This document shows positions 13,001-35,054 of a stretch of DNA of 51,714 nt, in pieces (position 1 is the stretch's first letter; every line of letters begins with the position of its first letter). The DNA is from Callorhinchus milii (lineage: Eukaryota): NCBI RefSeq assembly GCF_018977255.1, contig NW_024704898.1:62001-113714 (forward strand), read 5' to 3'. A model generated the notes under the pieces. It was not told the origin of the DNA and ran no database searches. It was given only the letters and a program-made list of their open reading frames with translations. A program made the position numbers and the translations under genes.

Positions 13001-13213
13001 CTGGGAAAGCAAATCAGCTGCCTTTGTATCCTCACACAGTGGTCCTCCCCAGGCACACGCGCACACGCAGCCAATCGGGGCGTAGTGGCTGAAAGCGGGG
13101 CCACCGATGGTGGAGTGGAGGGGGCATGGGACGTGTGGCTGAGTGGGTGGGGTCCAGAGAGGGGGGAGGGGAACACACACGGCAGACTGTAACCCGTCTC
13201 CCTCTCTCACCAG

Positions 13214-13291
13214 AACCTGTTTGGCCGCCCGAGATCCAGACTGTGGCTGGGTGAAGCCCGGGCTCTGCAAAACCCTCACGCATGATATTGG
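13214..13291 (+). CDS. SEMA6C: SEMA6C PSI-domain exon (TCLAARDPDCGWVKPGLC), on the opposite strand to the rest of the gene
   Basis: caccag|A...GG|gttagt, 78 nt, phase 2-2; matches the semaphorin PSI motif CxASRDPYCGW. Confidence 0.8.
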
Positions 13292-13419
13292 GTTAGTCAT
13301 TTTGTGTGTGTGTGTGTGTGTGGTGGGGGGTGGGGGCTGTGAGTGTGTGTCTGTATCTGTGTGGCGGTGGGCTGTGTGCGTGTACGTGTTGGGGNNNNNN
13401 NNNNNNNNNNNNNNNNNNN

Positions 13420-13620
13420 TTGGCTGCGTGTGCGCGTGTGCCTGGGGAGGACCACTGTGTGAGGATACAAAGGCAGCTGATTTGCTTTCCCAGGTCTGGC
13501 TACGAGCAGGACATTGAGTTTGGAGCCCGGCTACCACAGGAGACGTGTGAGGGTGAGTTGGTGTGCGGTGTAATGTCCCGGTGACCTCTCTCACTCCCTC
13601 ACGTTTTCTCTTACCCTCAA
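13420..13620 (+). repeat. Inverted duplicate of 12874-13074, including a second copy of the SGYEQD exon at 13494-13552
   Basis: Reverse-complement match starting exactly at the end of the 25-N gap (13395-13419). Confidence 0.9.
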
Positions 13621-14733
13621 ACGACGTCATTTCTGAAAGGAAACCTCTCTCTGTACATTTGTGAGTGGTTCGCTCTCTCCCCTCCTGTTCAAGCCTCGCT
13701 CCGTCTCCCTGTATCAAACGCAAGGACTGTTAATATTTATTATTTATGGATGCATCCACGTCCTAATAATAGTCATCCTCGCGTTTGATACAGCGCCTTA
13801 TCGTGTCTTCGAGACGTCTCAAAGCGCTTCGCGGGATACACCGTTGAGCGTAGTGACTATCGCAGAGAGAGAAAGAGAGTCGGGTGTCTGTGTATGTGTA
13901 TCTCGCTCAGTGGCGTGTGATCCTTTCTTGCTCCCTTTCTCTCTCTGTGCCCGTGTGTGTTTTGCTTGTCCATGTGTGTCAGTCAATCCCACGACTGTTT
14001 GTGAGATGTTGCTGCATTCAAATTGGCTGCCACCTTCGCCTGCAAATACACAGTCACTACACTTTACGATAAAAATGCTGTGAAGTAGTAAGGCGTTAAA
14101 TCAAATACAATAATTATATAAATCCGGTCAGATCTTTGTGGCTTTCTCTCTCGCTCTCTCTCTCTATATGTATATATATATATGTGTGTGTGTGAGTGTG
14201 TATCTATAAATATGTGCACGTCTCCGTTTCTATCTATATCTCTCCTTCTGTCCACACTTCTCTGTGTGTGTCTGTGTCCCTCTCTCTCTTCGTGTCACTG
14301 TGTGTGTGAGCGTCTCAGTCAATCTTACTTTCTATCTGAGTATGTGCGTGTGTCTCTCTGTCAATATGTGTGTGTCTGTCTGTCAGTCTCTCTCGGTTTG
14401 TCTGACAGTCAGTGTGTGTACATGTCTCTCTCTGTGTCACTGTGTGTGTGTGTGTGTGTGTGTGACTGTTTCCGTCTCTCTGTGTGTGTCAGTGTGTGTC
14501 TCTGTCTCTGTGTGTCTCTCTTTCTCAGTGTCAGTGTGTGTCTCTGTCTCTGTGTGTCTCTCTTTCTCAGTGTCAGTGTGGATCTCTCTGGGTGTCAGTG
14601 TGTGTGTCTCTCTCTGCGTCAGTGTCTCTCTCGCTGTCTCTCTGTGTCAGGGTGGGTGTCTCTCTGTATCAGTGTGTGCGTCTCTCTCCGTCTCTCGCTC
14701 TGTGTCAGGGTGTGTGTGTCTCTTGTTTCTATT

Positions 14734-14765
<32 letters not shown>

Positions 14766-16112
14766 ACCAACATTACTTTAAGCTTCCACAAACATTTGCT
14801 CCTCGGACAGATACAAACCCCGAGAACCGTATAACACACAGCCGCAGGGGTGATGGGGGGCACAGCCCCGGAGACCCCTCAGATAGCCTCACCTCAGTAC
14901 CTCTCCAACCTCCAGCTCAGCTCCCGGCTCTATTCCCTCTCCACACACAGCACCAACCGTCGGTGATTCAACACTAACTTTGCTATCAGTAAGTGTGAGA
15001 GAAAGAGAAAGCGAGAGAGCGGGCGTGCCCAGATAGGCAGAGTCCAACCCCCAGAATTTTATCCTGGACTTGGCAGAATATAATGATAAGAATCCTGGCA
15101 TTTGACCCGACGCCTTATCAGGTCGTTGAGACATCTCAAAGTGCATCGCAGGATACACTGTAAAGTGGAATGACTGCGCGTTTTGTGGGCGAAACGCGGC
15201 AGCCGATTGCGCCCGGCGACGTCCCCCCAAACAGCCGTGGGTTATTATTATTTTTGAGGGATTATTACCCTCGCCGGGCAAGCGAGAGGACCCGGGTTCG
15301 ATTCCCGGGCGGGTCAGGTCAGGGCGAAACATTGGGCAAGTTTCCTTACTCCACACACACACACGCAGACACACACACACACGCAGACACACACACACAC
15401 GCAGACACACACACAGACACCTCTGTTTACCGGCAGTCAGTAGGAATCCGGTCGCTAGCGTTTCCTTTGCACTATATCCAGCAAAGATAAGTCTCCCGTT
15501 CGATAAAGCAGCGCCTCATTATCCTCGCGTTTGATTCATCCCGTTGTTGAGACATCTCAAAGCGCTTCGCAGGATATATTGTGAAGTGGACCGACTGTGT
15601 GTTTTGGGGGTGAAGAGCCAAGGCTTGGGGGGGGGGGGGGGGGGGAGCCCAGAGAGTGCGTTGGGTAACTGCTGGAGTCTAACCAGCTCAAACTACGCAG
15701 CTTGGCCACCGATATCGCGGTCTGGCCAGCGTTCCCGCTGCTTGTCCAGCTGGAGAGATGGTTGTCAGGTCAGGGTAGCAAGGGATATGGGGCAAAGGCG
15801 GGTAATTGGAGTTGAGGTACAGATCAGTCACAATCTAACAGAATGGCAGAAGAGGCTCGAGGGGCTGAATGGCCTCCTCCTGTTTCTACAACCATTAGGG
15901 CGTTGGCTTGCCCGAGTGGGAGGATGGTATGCCCTTATTATCCAATTGGATCTTGTGAAAGGCGCTATATAAATGTAAATTTGTATTGTATTGTGTCAAT
16001 GTTACTGTGTTATTTCCGTTACTTGAGACACAATCTTAAGCTCTGCTGTTCCTTACGCACACAGTGATGTGTTGATTCAGCGGAAAGTGTCAAATGGACA
16101 CTTTTGGGGTCA

Positions 16113-16762
16113 GTCGGGTGTCTGACACACACGGACACCCGTCACCGTGACCGGCCGGGTGTCTGATACACACGGAAACCCGTCACCGTGACCGGCCGGG
16201 GGTCTGATACACACGGACACCCGTCACCGTGACCGGCCGGGGGTCTGACACACACGGACACCCGTCACCGTGACCGGCCGGGTGTCTGACACACACGGAA
16301 ACCCGTCACCGTGACCGGCCGGGTGTCTGATACACACGGAAACCGTCACCGTGACCGGCCGGGGGTCTGATACACACGGACACCCGTCACCGTGACCGGC
16401 CGAGGGTCTGACACACACGGACACCCGTCACCGTGACCGGCCGGGTGTCTGACACACACGGAAACCCGTCACCGTGACCGGCCGGGTGTCTGATACACAC
16501 GGAAACCCGTCACCGTGACCAGCCGGGGGTCTGATACACACGGACACCCGTCACCGTGACCGGCCGGGTGTCTGACACACACGGAAACCCGTCACCGTGA
16601 CCGGCCGGGTGTCTGATACACACGGAAACCCGTCACCGTGACCGGCCGGGGGTCTGATACACACGGACACCCGTCACCGTGACCGGCCGGGTGTCTGACA
16701 CACACGGACACCCGTCACCGTGACCGGCCGGGGATCTGATACACACGGAAACCCATCACCGT
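16113..16762 (+). repeat. 41-bp CpG-rich minisatellite, about 15-16 copies (GGGTGTCTGACACACACGGACACCCGTCACCGTGACCGGCC)
   Basis: Tandem units directly visible, with minor variants. Confidence 0.95.
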
Positions 16763-17799
16763 TGCTTAAGTGTCTCCAAACCCGACTGAGAATTCCCCAC
16801 ATCCCCCCACTCCTGGGAACCCCCGAGATAAATTGTTGGAATGGGATGCACACACCCTCTCTCTCTCCCTGGAGGGACGCTCCACTGCTTACCTAATTCC
16901 AGAAAACATTAGGCGCAGGTTGGCGAGAGCCAAGGCTTGGGGTGGGAGCCCAGAGTGTCAGTCCATCTGTAAATATCTTTCCGAATGCATTTCCTGATAC
17001 TGTTTCGGAGACACGAAGGGCCCAAAGGGCTGTGGATCTGCAGGGCAATATATACCGTGTTGAGACCTGAACAGCTGATGGGAAGTGAATCAGCCATTGA
17101 GAGCTTGTCAACACCAATTCCTCCATTTAATGCACCTGGCAGCTCTCGGCAAGCTCCAACACGGTCCGGGCCCACTGGGTTCTCTAACGCACTGGCAATA
17201 ACGCTGTGTATTACATAATTACGCACCGTGTGTTCCTGGCAACAGCAGCAACAGCAGCAACATTACATTGGCACAACGCCTTTCACGTCGGGAGGACGTC
17301 CCAAGGCCCTGGAGGCAGGAGGGACTCTGGGGTGGAGTTCCAGAGGGTTGGGGCAGAGTGGCTGAAGGTCTGCCCGCCAATGGATATTATATAACAACAA
17401 TACGATCCGCCAATCGACAGGCAACCAGGTTCCTGCTTACCGCTGGGGAGACAGAGGCATTATATAGAGTGTATCTAACTCGTGCTGTTACTGATCTCCA
17501 GGACACCGAGTAGAGGGCATGTTCCCGTGATATCGTTACCTTAACATTGTGTAAATTGTTCCAGTTTAATTGACGTGATGACACGATGTGTAAAACTCTT
17601 CCACTCCACTTTCCCCGTCCCCCCTTTTGAGAAAGACGTCATCGTACGATGGGCAGAACAGTCAGACAAACAATTGCCAGAAAACAAACCGACATAATCC
17701 ACAGAACCAGGCACGAAGGTTTGGCTCGGGGGGGGGGGGTGGGGGGGGGTGTGAGATACAAAAATAAATAGGAGATCCTATCATTCGGAGAGGAGCCAA

Positions 17800-18165
17800 G
17801 TTGTAGTGTAGTGGTGAGTGCCCTCGCCTCGCAAGCCAGAGGACCCGGGTTCGATTCCCGGGCAGGTCAGGGCGAAACCTTAGGCACGTTTCCTGACTCC
17901 ACACGCACTCACACACGCACACACACGCCTGTGTTACCCAGCAGTAAATAGGAACCCGCTTGTTAGTCGATTGGTGGATCGCTTTCCGGGGGTAATAGTC
18001 CCGTCGAAGAAAAATAATGTGGTCACTCAATCCACGACTGTTTGTGGGACGTCGCTGGGCGCGATTGGCTGCCGCCTTTCGCCCACAAATACACGCACAG
18101 TCACTCCACTTCCCGGCACATTCTACGAAACGCTTCTGAGGCGTCTTGACGACGGATTGAGGTGA
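17800..18165 (+). mobile_element. tRNA-derived SINE, near full length
   Basis: Head (ctcgcctcgcaagc...ggttcgattcccggg), (CA)n linker and shared body. Confidence 0.75.
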
Positions 18166-19224
18166 TGGTTCTTACCTGGAACTCACAGTAACGTCTCTGT
18201 CGAAACAGTACACCCTGCGTCTCACTGAACACACGTCTTCTGTCTGGTTCTGGGTGGCGTGGGGAGAGTTCATGTGACTGGTTTAATCCTCTGATGCTTT
18301 TCCTTTTACAATTACCAAGTCATCTGTTCTAATTCTCTCACCCTGACCCGGGTGCTGATAATTGCTCACATCAAACACTCACACAACGGCTCAACACACA
18401 CATACGCACACACACACGCACACACACGTTGGGGAATCTGAGCTCACAGTCCAGGTTGACTCTCCAGAGCAGCGCCGGGGGGAGAGAGAGAGAGAGACAG
18501 AGAGAGAGGGAGAGTTGTTTTGCCAGTGATGCAGTCCTCTTCTGGATGAGACGTTAAACCTCACTCACTCCCCGTCACGTGCCCTGTTTAGACGGACGTT
18601 AAAAGATCTCCCAAGGCGCCGTCGGGGAAAAGGCAGTTTCTCTCCCTCTTTCTCTCCCCCGGTGGCCGGGCCGACAGATCAAACTGCTCGTTCAACTCAC
18701 GGCTGTTTGCGGGCACGTCGCTGGGCGCAACAGGCTGCCGCGTTTCGCCCACAAAACCAGCCAACAACGCTTTTTTTTGCAGCGTTTTTTTTTTTTTTGC
18801 CCCGTGAAAGGCTTCGAGATGTCTCAACGACGCAATATCAAATGCAAGGATAATTATAGCGACACAGTGGAGAGCAAGGCAGAAAGAATGGGGCAGAATG
18901 CAGGTCAGGGTAACGTACAAGCAACACAGCTCACGGCTTTGAGCGTCACAAGGACCTATCCTGTCTGGTTTCCATGGAATCTCAGCCCTCCATCGGCCAG
19001 GGTCAGAGAAACCAACAGAATTGTTATTTGTGTATTGAGAAGAAAGGGAAGCCTTTGTATGGATTTCTCTAATAAACGTTTTCCTGTTTACACCAAAGCT
19101 CATCACAAAACCAGCTCCAGATTAAAAGCTTTTCTACATAAGTAACCTCCGCATGTGTTGTCGGCAAACGTCTCGAATTCCGACTGGTGCCAGCACTGAG
19201 CCCCCCGCAGGTCATTGATATCAT

Positions 19225-20232
19225 GGGTTACAGACGCAGTAAAGCTCCCTCTACATTGTGCGTCCGTCCACACTCCCAGGTCAGGGTTAGAGACACAGTA
19301 AAGCTCCTCTACACTGTGTGTCCACACTCCCAGGTCAGGGTTAGAGACACAGTAAAGCTCCTCTACACTGTGTCCACACTCCCAGGTCAGGGTTACAGAC
19401 ACAGTAACGCTCCTCTACACTGTGTGTCCACACTCCCAGGTCAGGGTTACAGACACAGTAAAGCTCTACACTGTGCGTCCACACTCCCAGGTCAGGGTTA
19501 CAGACACAGTAAAGCTCCTCTACACTGTGTGTCCACACTCCCAGGTCAGGGTTACAGACACAGTAAAGCTCTACACTGTGCGTCCACACTCCCAGGTCAG
19601 GGTTACAGACACAGTAACGCTCCTCTACACTGTGCGTCCACACTCCCAGGTCAGGGTTAGAGACACAGTAACGCTCTCTCTACACTGTGTCCACACTCCC
19701 AGGTCAGGGTTAGAGACACAGTAAAGCTCCTCTACACTGTGTCCACACTCCCAGGTCAGGGTTAGAGACACAGTAAAGCTCCTCTACACTGTGTGTCCAC
19801 ACTCCCAGGTCAGGGTTACAGACACAGTAACGCTCCCTCTACACTGTGTGTCCACACTCCCAGGTCAGGGTTACAGACACAGTAACGCTCCCTCTACACT
19901 GTGTGTCCACACTCCCAGGTCAGGGTTAGAGACACAGTAACGCTCCCTCTACACTGTGTGTCCACACTCCCAGGTCAGGGTTAGAGACACAGTAAAGCTC
20001 TACACTGTGTGTCCACACTCCCAGGTCAGGGTTACAGACACAGTCCCTCTACACTGTGCGTCCACACTCCCAGGTCAGGGTTACAGACACAGTAACGCTC
20101 CCTCTACACTGTGTGTCCACACTCCCAGGTCAGGGTTAGAGACACAGTAACGCTCCCTCTACGCTGTGCGTCCACACTCCCAGGTCAGGGTTACAGACAC
20201 AGTAACGCTCCCTCTACACTGTGCGTCCACAC
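19225..20232 (+). repeat. About 54-bp minisatellite array (CCACACTCCCAGGTCAGGGTTA[GC]AGACACAGTAA[AC]GCTCCTCTACACTGTG[TC]GT)
   Basis: Tandem units directly visible; the same family recurs in five other arrays. Confidence 0.95.
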
Positions 20233-20709
20233 TCATGCAATGAGTGTGCAATTGGCTGCCAAATGTTGCCCCCATAATACACACTTGATCCACTTTACAG
20301 TGTACCCTTCGAAAGGCTTTAAGTCGTTTCAACAGCGAAATAAGGCGCTACGTCAAATGCAAGGATCAAGTGTGAGATTGTTATTGTCTCTTGCTCTCTG
20401 GCTTGGTTAGCTTTAGTGACTGTGAGCTTGGAGGAAGAGAATGCAGTTCAGCTGGCTGACAATTCCTGACTGCAGTGGTGTTTTCCGCCCATTCAAAGGC
20501 AGGAAAACGGGAAATCTATTGTCCCAGGGAGTCGGAGTGGGAATAAACAGGGACCGGAATGTCGGAGAGTGAACTCACACAAGGAAACCCCCCACAGGAA
20601 GTTACATTTCCTGTCTCTCTCGGCTAATCCTGAGGCCTGGCACATGCCAAAGCCATCACCAAACGGAGACAACGCCAAATCAACTGCGTACTTGATGAAC
20701 AGAGGATTT

Positions 20710-21066
20710 AGAGACCTGCAGTGTAGCCGTTAGCGTACTCGCCTCGCAAGCGAGAGGACCCGGGTTTGATTCCTGACCGGGCTGTTAGGCACGGTTTCCT
20801 TATTCCACGCACACACACACACACACGCACCGTGTACCCAGCGGTAAGTAGTGTTAGTCGATTGGCGGATCGCTTTCCGAGGGTAGTAATCCCTCCACAA
20901 AAAGAATTAGTTCACGACTGTTTGTGTGGGGACGTCGCCGAGCGCAATTGTCTGCCACGTTTCGCCCACAAAACATACAGTGGATCCACTTTACAGTGTA
21001 TCCTGTGAAGCGCTTTGAGACGTCTCGACGACCTGATAAGACGCCGTGTCAAATGCCGGGATTACT
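20710..21066 (+). mobile_element. tRNA-derived SINE, near full length
   Basis: Head, body and L2-like tail gtgaagcgctttgagacgtctcg...aaatgccgggattact. Confidence 0.75.
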
Positions 21067-22379
21067 ATCGTTATGTTACCCGCCTATAACATTTCGCAAC
21101 GATGAAGTGCAGTGACTGCATATTTGTGGGCGAACTCGGCAGCCGATTTGCGCCTCGCGACGCCCGTGAAGCGGGCCAGCGGTTTCATCTGCAGGTCAGG
21201 ACACCGGGACAGAGAGAGAGAGAGAAGTAGAGAGAGAAACTCCCTTCTCTTCCCGCTCCACTCCCCGCCCCACCCACAACAGCGCCCGCGGGAGATCTTC
21301 AACGTCCGGTCTGAACAGGGCACAGATGGGGGAGAGAGTGAGGTTTAATGTCTCAACCGTAAAGGGCAGATATAACATGACAGCATAGCTCCCGGCAATG
21401 GAGGGTGAGGAGCGGGCAAGACAACTCATGCACCAGGTGGAGCTCACATTCCATTCCCACGAACACGACAACAACACGCCTGGAGCATGTACTAACACAC
21501 CATCTGTTGACTTATGGGATGGGTTGGGGGGAGCGTTCTGAGAGGGGATGAGAGAACAGGTACGAGTCTTCAGCAAGACAACAAACAACAACAAAATGAT
21601 ATGTGGATAGCGCCTTTCACGTCAGGAATTTCCGACCCGAACTGGGGGTCGGGATCCGGGAGGGTGGGGGGCAGGAGGGGAAGCAGAGAGATCGGAAGCA
21701 CGGTCGAAGAGGAGGGTCTTGAGATGCGTCTTGAAGGAGGCGAGGGAGGGGGCGAGGGAGGGGGCGAGATGGAAGGACTGCGGGATGGAGTTCCAGAGGG
21801 TGGGGGCAGAGTGGCAGAAGGCCCGCCCGCCAATAGTGGGGGCGAGCGAGGCGGGGGGGGACCGTGAAGCAGGCCGGAGCCCGCTGAGCGGAGGGAGAGA
21901 GCGGGATGGTAGGGGGTTATGAGATGGCAGAGGTCGGGGGGGGAGCGAGGCCATGGAGGGCTTTGAAGGTGAGCTTTTTGGTTTTCCTTTGCTGATCCCT
22001 AAAACACCCCCAGTCCTCAGGTTTGCTATTCTTTTGGGCAGTTTTATAGGCCTTTTCTTTTAGTTTTATACTTTCTCTAACTGCTCCAGTTAGCCACGGA
22101 TCAACTGCTTTCCCTGTGGTAATAATAATCCTCGCATTTGATATAGCGCTGTTCACGTCGGGAGGACGTCCCAAAGCGCTTCACAGAACACACTGTAAAG
22201 TGAATTGACTGTACATTTGTGGGCGACTGTATATTTGTGGTACTCTTATTCCTGAAGGGAATATGTGACCACTGAGAATTTTGAGAATCAGGTCGTCGAG
22301 ACGTCTCAAAGCGCTTCACAGGATACACTGTAAAGTGGATTCACTGTATGTTTTGTGGGCGAAACGTGGCAGAGAATTA

Positions 22380-22980
22380 AACATTTGCCACTGTTGGTCT
22401 ATTGTCATATCCATGAATCTAATTCCCAGTCTATTTTAGCTAATTCCTCCCTCGTACCTGCAAAGTCAGCCTTATTTAAATTTAAATTTAAGACCCATGT
22501 TTCGGATTTGACTACATCGCTGTCTAACCCAATACCTAATTCGATCGTGTTACGATCACTCTGCCCTGGAGGAGCCTTAATATCTGTATTACCGACTCGT
22601 CCTGTATTGTTACACAAAACACGGCCAAGGATGGCCTGTCCCTGAGTTGGTTCCTCAGCTACTGCTCCAGAAAGCTCTCTCATACACTATAAACTCCTCC
22701 TCTGCCCTACTTTTGCCGATTTGGTTTTCCCAATCTATGTGAGGATTGAAATCACCGACGAATACTGTATTACCTTTGCTACACACTCCTGTAATGTGCT
22801 GATTAACACCCTGCGCTACGCTGTGATCACTGTTTGGGGGTCTATAAACTACTCCCACTGATGTTTTCTGCCCCTTGTTGTTTTGGAATTCTACCCATTG
22901 CCGTCTCTACATCCCGGTTATCTGATTTGAAATCTTTCCTTTCTACTGTTTTTATTCCATCCTTTATTAACAAGGCTCCC
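22380..22980 (-). mobile_element. CR1-type LINE ORF2 fragment (endonuclease region)
   Basis: Minus-strand peptides GVVYRPPN, VGDFNPHIDW, V.EPTQGQAIL and LNLNKADF are typical of the CR1 APE domain; frameshifted. Confidence 0.85.
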
Positions 22981-23509
22981 CCCCGCCCCACCGCCCCCCA
23001 GAGGACACAGGCTGGAGGATCTGCAGCCCTGTGGAGGGAGGAGTTGGGGGCCGACAGGCAGGGAGTTGGCGTAGTCAAGCCTGGATGTAATGAAGGTGGG
23101 TGTGAGGGTCTCAGGGGCTGCGGTGTGAGACGGTGTCGGAGCCGGCGATGTTGCGGAGGTGGGGGAAGGCAGAGCGGGTCATGGAGGAGATGTGGGGTAG
23201 AACGGGTAGTCGAGGGTCAAACAACACGCCAGGGTTCCGCACTGGCTTAGGAGAGGCCATTTGTAGACACACAGTCACTACACTTTACAGTGAATCCTGT
23301 GAAGCGCTTTGAGTCATCCTCCTGACACGAAAGGCGTTAAAATAAATGTAATAATAATTATTAATGGTAATGGTGATAATTATTAATAATGAATAGTAAT
23401 TATTAATGGCGATAATCCATCCATGGCCCCAGTGCGAGGAATAATTAGTGTCAGCCTGACCCCTGGGGGCAGGAACCAGCAAACACACGTTCAAGGGTGT
23501 CAGAGTCAG

Positions 23510-24365
23510 ACATACACTCACACACTGACTCACATATACACACACACACACACACTGAGATACACGCACTGTCACACACTGAGGCACACGCACACACACA
23601 CACTGAGATACACGCACACTCTCATACACACACTGAGATACATGCACACACATTGAGATACACGCACACTCTCATACACACACTGAGATACATGCACACA
23701 CACACACTGAGATACACGCACACTCTCACACACACACACACTGAGATACACGCACACACACACACTGAGATACACGCACACTCTCACACACACACTGAGA
23801 TACACACACACACACTGAGGCACACTCACACACACACACTGAGGCACACGCACACACACACACTGAGATACACGCACACTCTCACACACACACACACTGA
23901 GATACACGCACACACACACACTGAGATACACGCACACTCTCACACACACACTGAGGCACACTCACACACACACACTGAGGCACACTCACACACACACACT
24001 GAGGCACACTCACACACACACACTGAGATACACGCACACACACACACTGAGATACACGCACACTCTCACACACACACTGAGATACACACACACACACTGA
24101 GGCACACTCACACACACACACTGAGGCACACACACACACACACACTGAGGCACACTCACACACACACACTGAGATACACGCACACTCTCACACACACACA
24201 CACTGAGATACACGCACACTCTCACACACACACTGAGATACACACACACACACTGAGGCACACTCACACACACACACTGAGGCACACACACACACACTGA
24301 GGCACACTCACACACACACACACGCACACATTGAGGCACACGCACTGTCACACACATACACACAC
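23510..24365 (+). repeat. Compound (CA)n microsatellite with CTGAGATA/CTGAGGCA interruptions
   Basis: Directly visible; source of the His/Thr-rich spurious ORFs. Confidence 0.95.
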
Positions 24366-24477
24366 AAACTCAGTCATTGTAAGTGTTCGTAATGTGAGGG
24401 TTAACACCGCAGCTGTTGGTGAGGACAGAAGCTGCAAGTGACAGACTGACACCATCTCACAGCCCAACTCCATCCAG

Positions 24478-25225
24478 AGTTAGAGACACAGTAAAGCTCC
24501 TCTACACTGTGCGTCCACACTCCCAGGTCAGGGTTACAGACACAGTAAAGCTCCTCTACACTGTGTGTCCACACTCCCAGGTCAGGGTTAGAGACACAGT
24601 AACGCTCCTCTACACTGTGTGTCCACACTCCCAGGTCAGGGTTAGAGACACAGTAACGCTCCCTCTACACTGTGTGTCCACACTCCCAGGTCAGGGTTAC
24701 AGACACAGTAACGCTCCTCTACACTGTGTGTCCACACTCCCAGGTCAGGGTTAGAGACACAGTAAAGCTCTACACTGTGTGTCCACACTCCCAGGTCAGG
24801 GTTACAGACACAGTAACGCTCCTCTACACTGTGCGTCCACACTCCCAGGTCAGGGTTACAGACACAGTAAAGCTCCTCTACACTGTGTGTCCACACTCCC
24901 AGGTCAGGGTTACAGACACAGTAACGCTCCCTCTACACTGTGTGTCCACACTCCCAGGTCAGGGTTACAGACACAGTAACGCTCCCTCTACACTGTGTGT
25001 CCACACTCCCAGGTCAGGGGTAGAGACACAGTAACGCTCCCTCTACACTGTGTGTCCACACTCCCAGGTCAGGGTTACAGACACAGTAAAGCTCTACACT
25101 GTGTGTCCACACTCCCAGGTCAGGGTTAGGGACACAGTAAAGCTCCTCTACACTGTGTGTCCACACTCCTGGGTGTGTTGGAGACATAGTAAAAGTTCCT
25201 CTACACTGTGCGTCAGTCCACACTC
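24478..25225 (+). repeat. 54-bp minisatellite array
   Basis: Same unit and orientation as 19225-20232. Confidence 0.95.
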
Positions 25226-25489
25226 CCCCCTCCCTGATGGTGCACCAATTGTGTCTTGCAATGTGATGTCTTGTCAACCTGACAAAAACACCAGTCTCTC
25301 TCTCCGCAAGTGTCAGAGACAGCTGGAGAGAACATCAGGAAGAGAGAATGAGACCAAAGGTCCTATTGACTATCTCCGAGCCACAAGACTCAGTGTCAGT
25401 CTATCCCCAGTTTGACATTCATTCCCCATTGACAGAGGCACAGTCTGGCCAGACACCCTGCACGTGAGTGATTCCTCTCTCCTGACTGC

Positions 25490-25735
25490 TGTCTGTAACC
25501 CTGACCTGGGACTGTGGGCGGACGCACAGTGTAGAGGAGCTTTACTGTATCTCTAACCCTGACCTGGGAGTGTGGACGGACGCACAGTGTAGAGGAGCGT
25601 TACTGTGTCTCTAACCCTGACCTGGGAGTGTGGACACACAGTGTAGAGGAGCGTTACTGTGTCTCTAACCCTGACCTGGGAGTGTGGACACACAGTGTAG
25701 AGGAGCTTTACTGTGTCGCTAACCCTGACCTGGAG
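25490..25735 (-). repeat. 54-bp minisatellite array, opposite orientation
   Basis: Reverse-complement units taaccctgacctgggagtgtggac... Confidence 0.93.
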
Positions 25736-25816
25736 TCTCAGAGTGTATAGGGTTTAATGTCCTCTCCTCCTGTGTTAGTGTGAGTAGCAGACGTGGGAGT
25801 GAAGCTGAGAGTGACG

Positions 25817-34467
<8,651 letters not shown>

Positions 34468-35054
34468 GCCCTCTCTCTCCCTGTCGCCCAGATAGCGCCC
34501 CCTGTGTACCCATTGCCACCTCCCTCCCTCCTTCCCCACACCAGCCCTTAACACAGTAAAAATACCATTGACTATGAGTTACACATCATGTACTATGACT
34601 TACGCAAAGTCCCGAGTTGCAGACACATCTGTATAACCGTGGAGTCCTGTAGCTCAGGGGTTAGAACACTCGCCCTCTCAAGCGAGAGGGCCTGGGTTCG
34701 ATTCCCAGGCAAGTCTGGGCGAAACGATGGGCAAGTTCCCTTATTCCCCACACGCGCCTCTGTTTACCGGCAGTAAGTAGGAACCCGGTTGTTAGTCGAT
34801 TGGCGGATCGCTTTTCCGGGGATAATAATTCCCCCCAAAATAATAATAATAATCCTTGCATTTGATATAGCGCTTTTCACGTCGGGAGGACGTCCCAAAG
34901 CGCTTCACAGAACACACTGTAAAGTGAATTGACTGTATATTTGTGGGCGAACGCGGCAGCCAATGGCGCACAGCAATGTCCCACAAACAGTCGTAATAAA
35001 ATAAAATAAATAAATTGGTCACTCAATCCACGACTGCTGTGCGCAATTGGCTGC

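Noticed and set aside
13494-13552. A second plus-strand semaphorin gene
   Set aside because: Identical to 12942-13000 including intron flanks, abuts an N gap, and has no downstream plus-strand terminal exon; best explained as an assembly duplicate.
16113-16762. CRISPR-like regular palindromic repeats
   Set aside because: Head-to-tail units with no unique spacers, no cas genes, and a eukaryotic context. The same holds for the 54-bp arrays.
14765-18300. Possible minus-strand SEMA6C 5' exons (donor-like sites near 14767 and 18176)
   Set aside because: Isolated splice-like motifs with no recognisable coding signal; cannot be supported without transcripts.
23285-24363. His/Thr- and Cys/Val-rich ORFs
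   Set aside because: (CA)n microsatellite translations; the same applies to 14182-14977 and the intronic part of 26522-27038.
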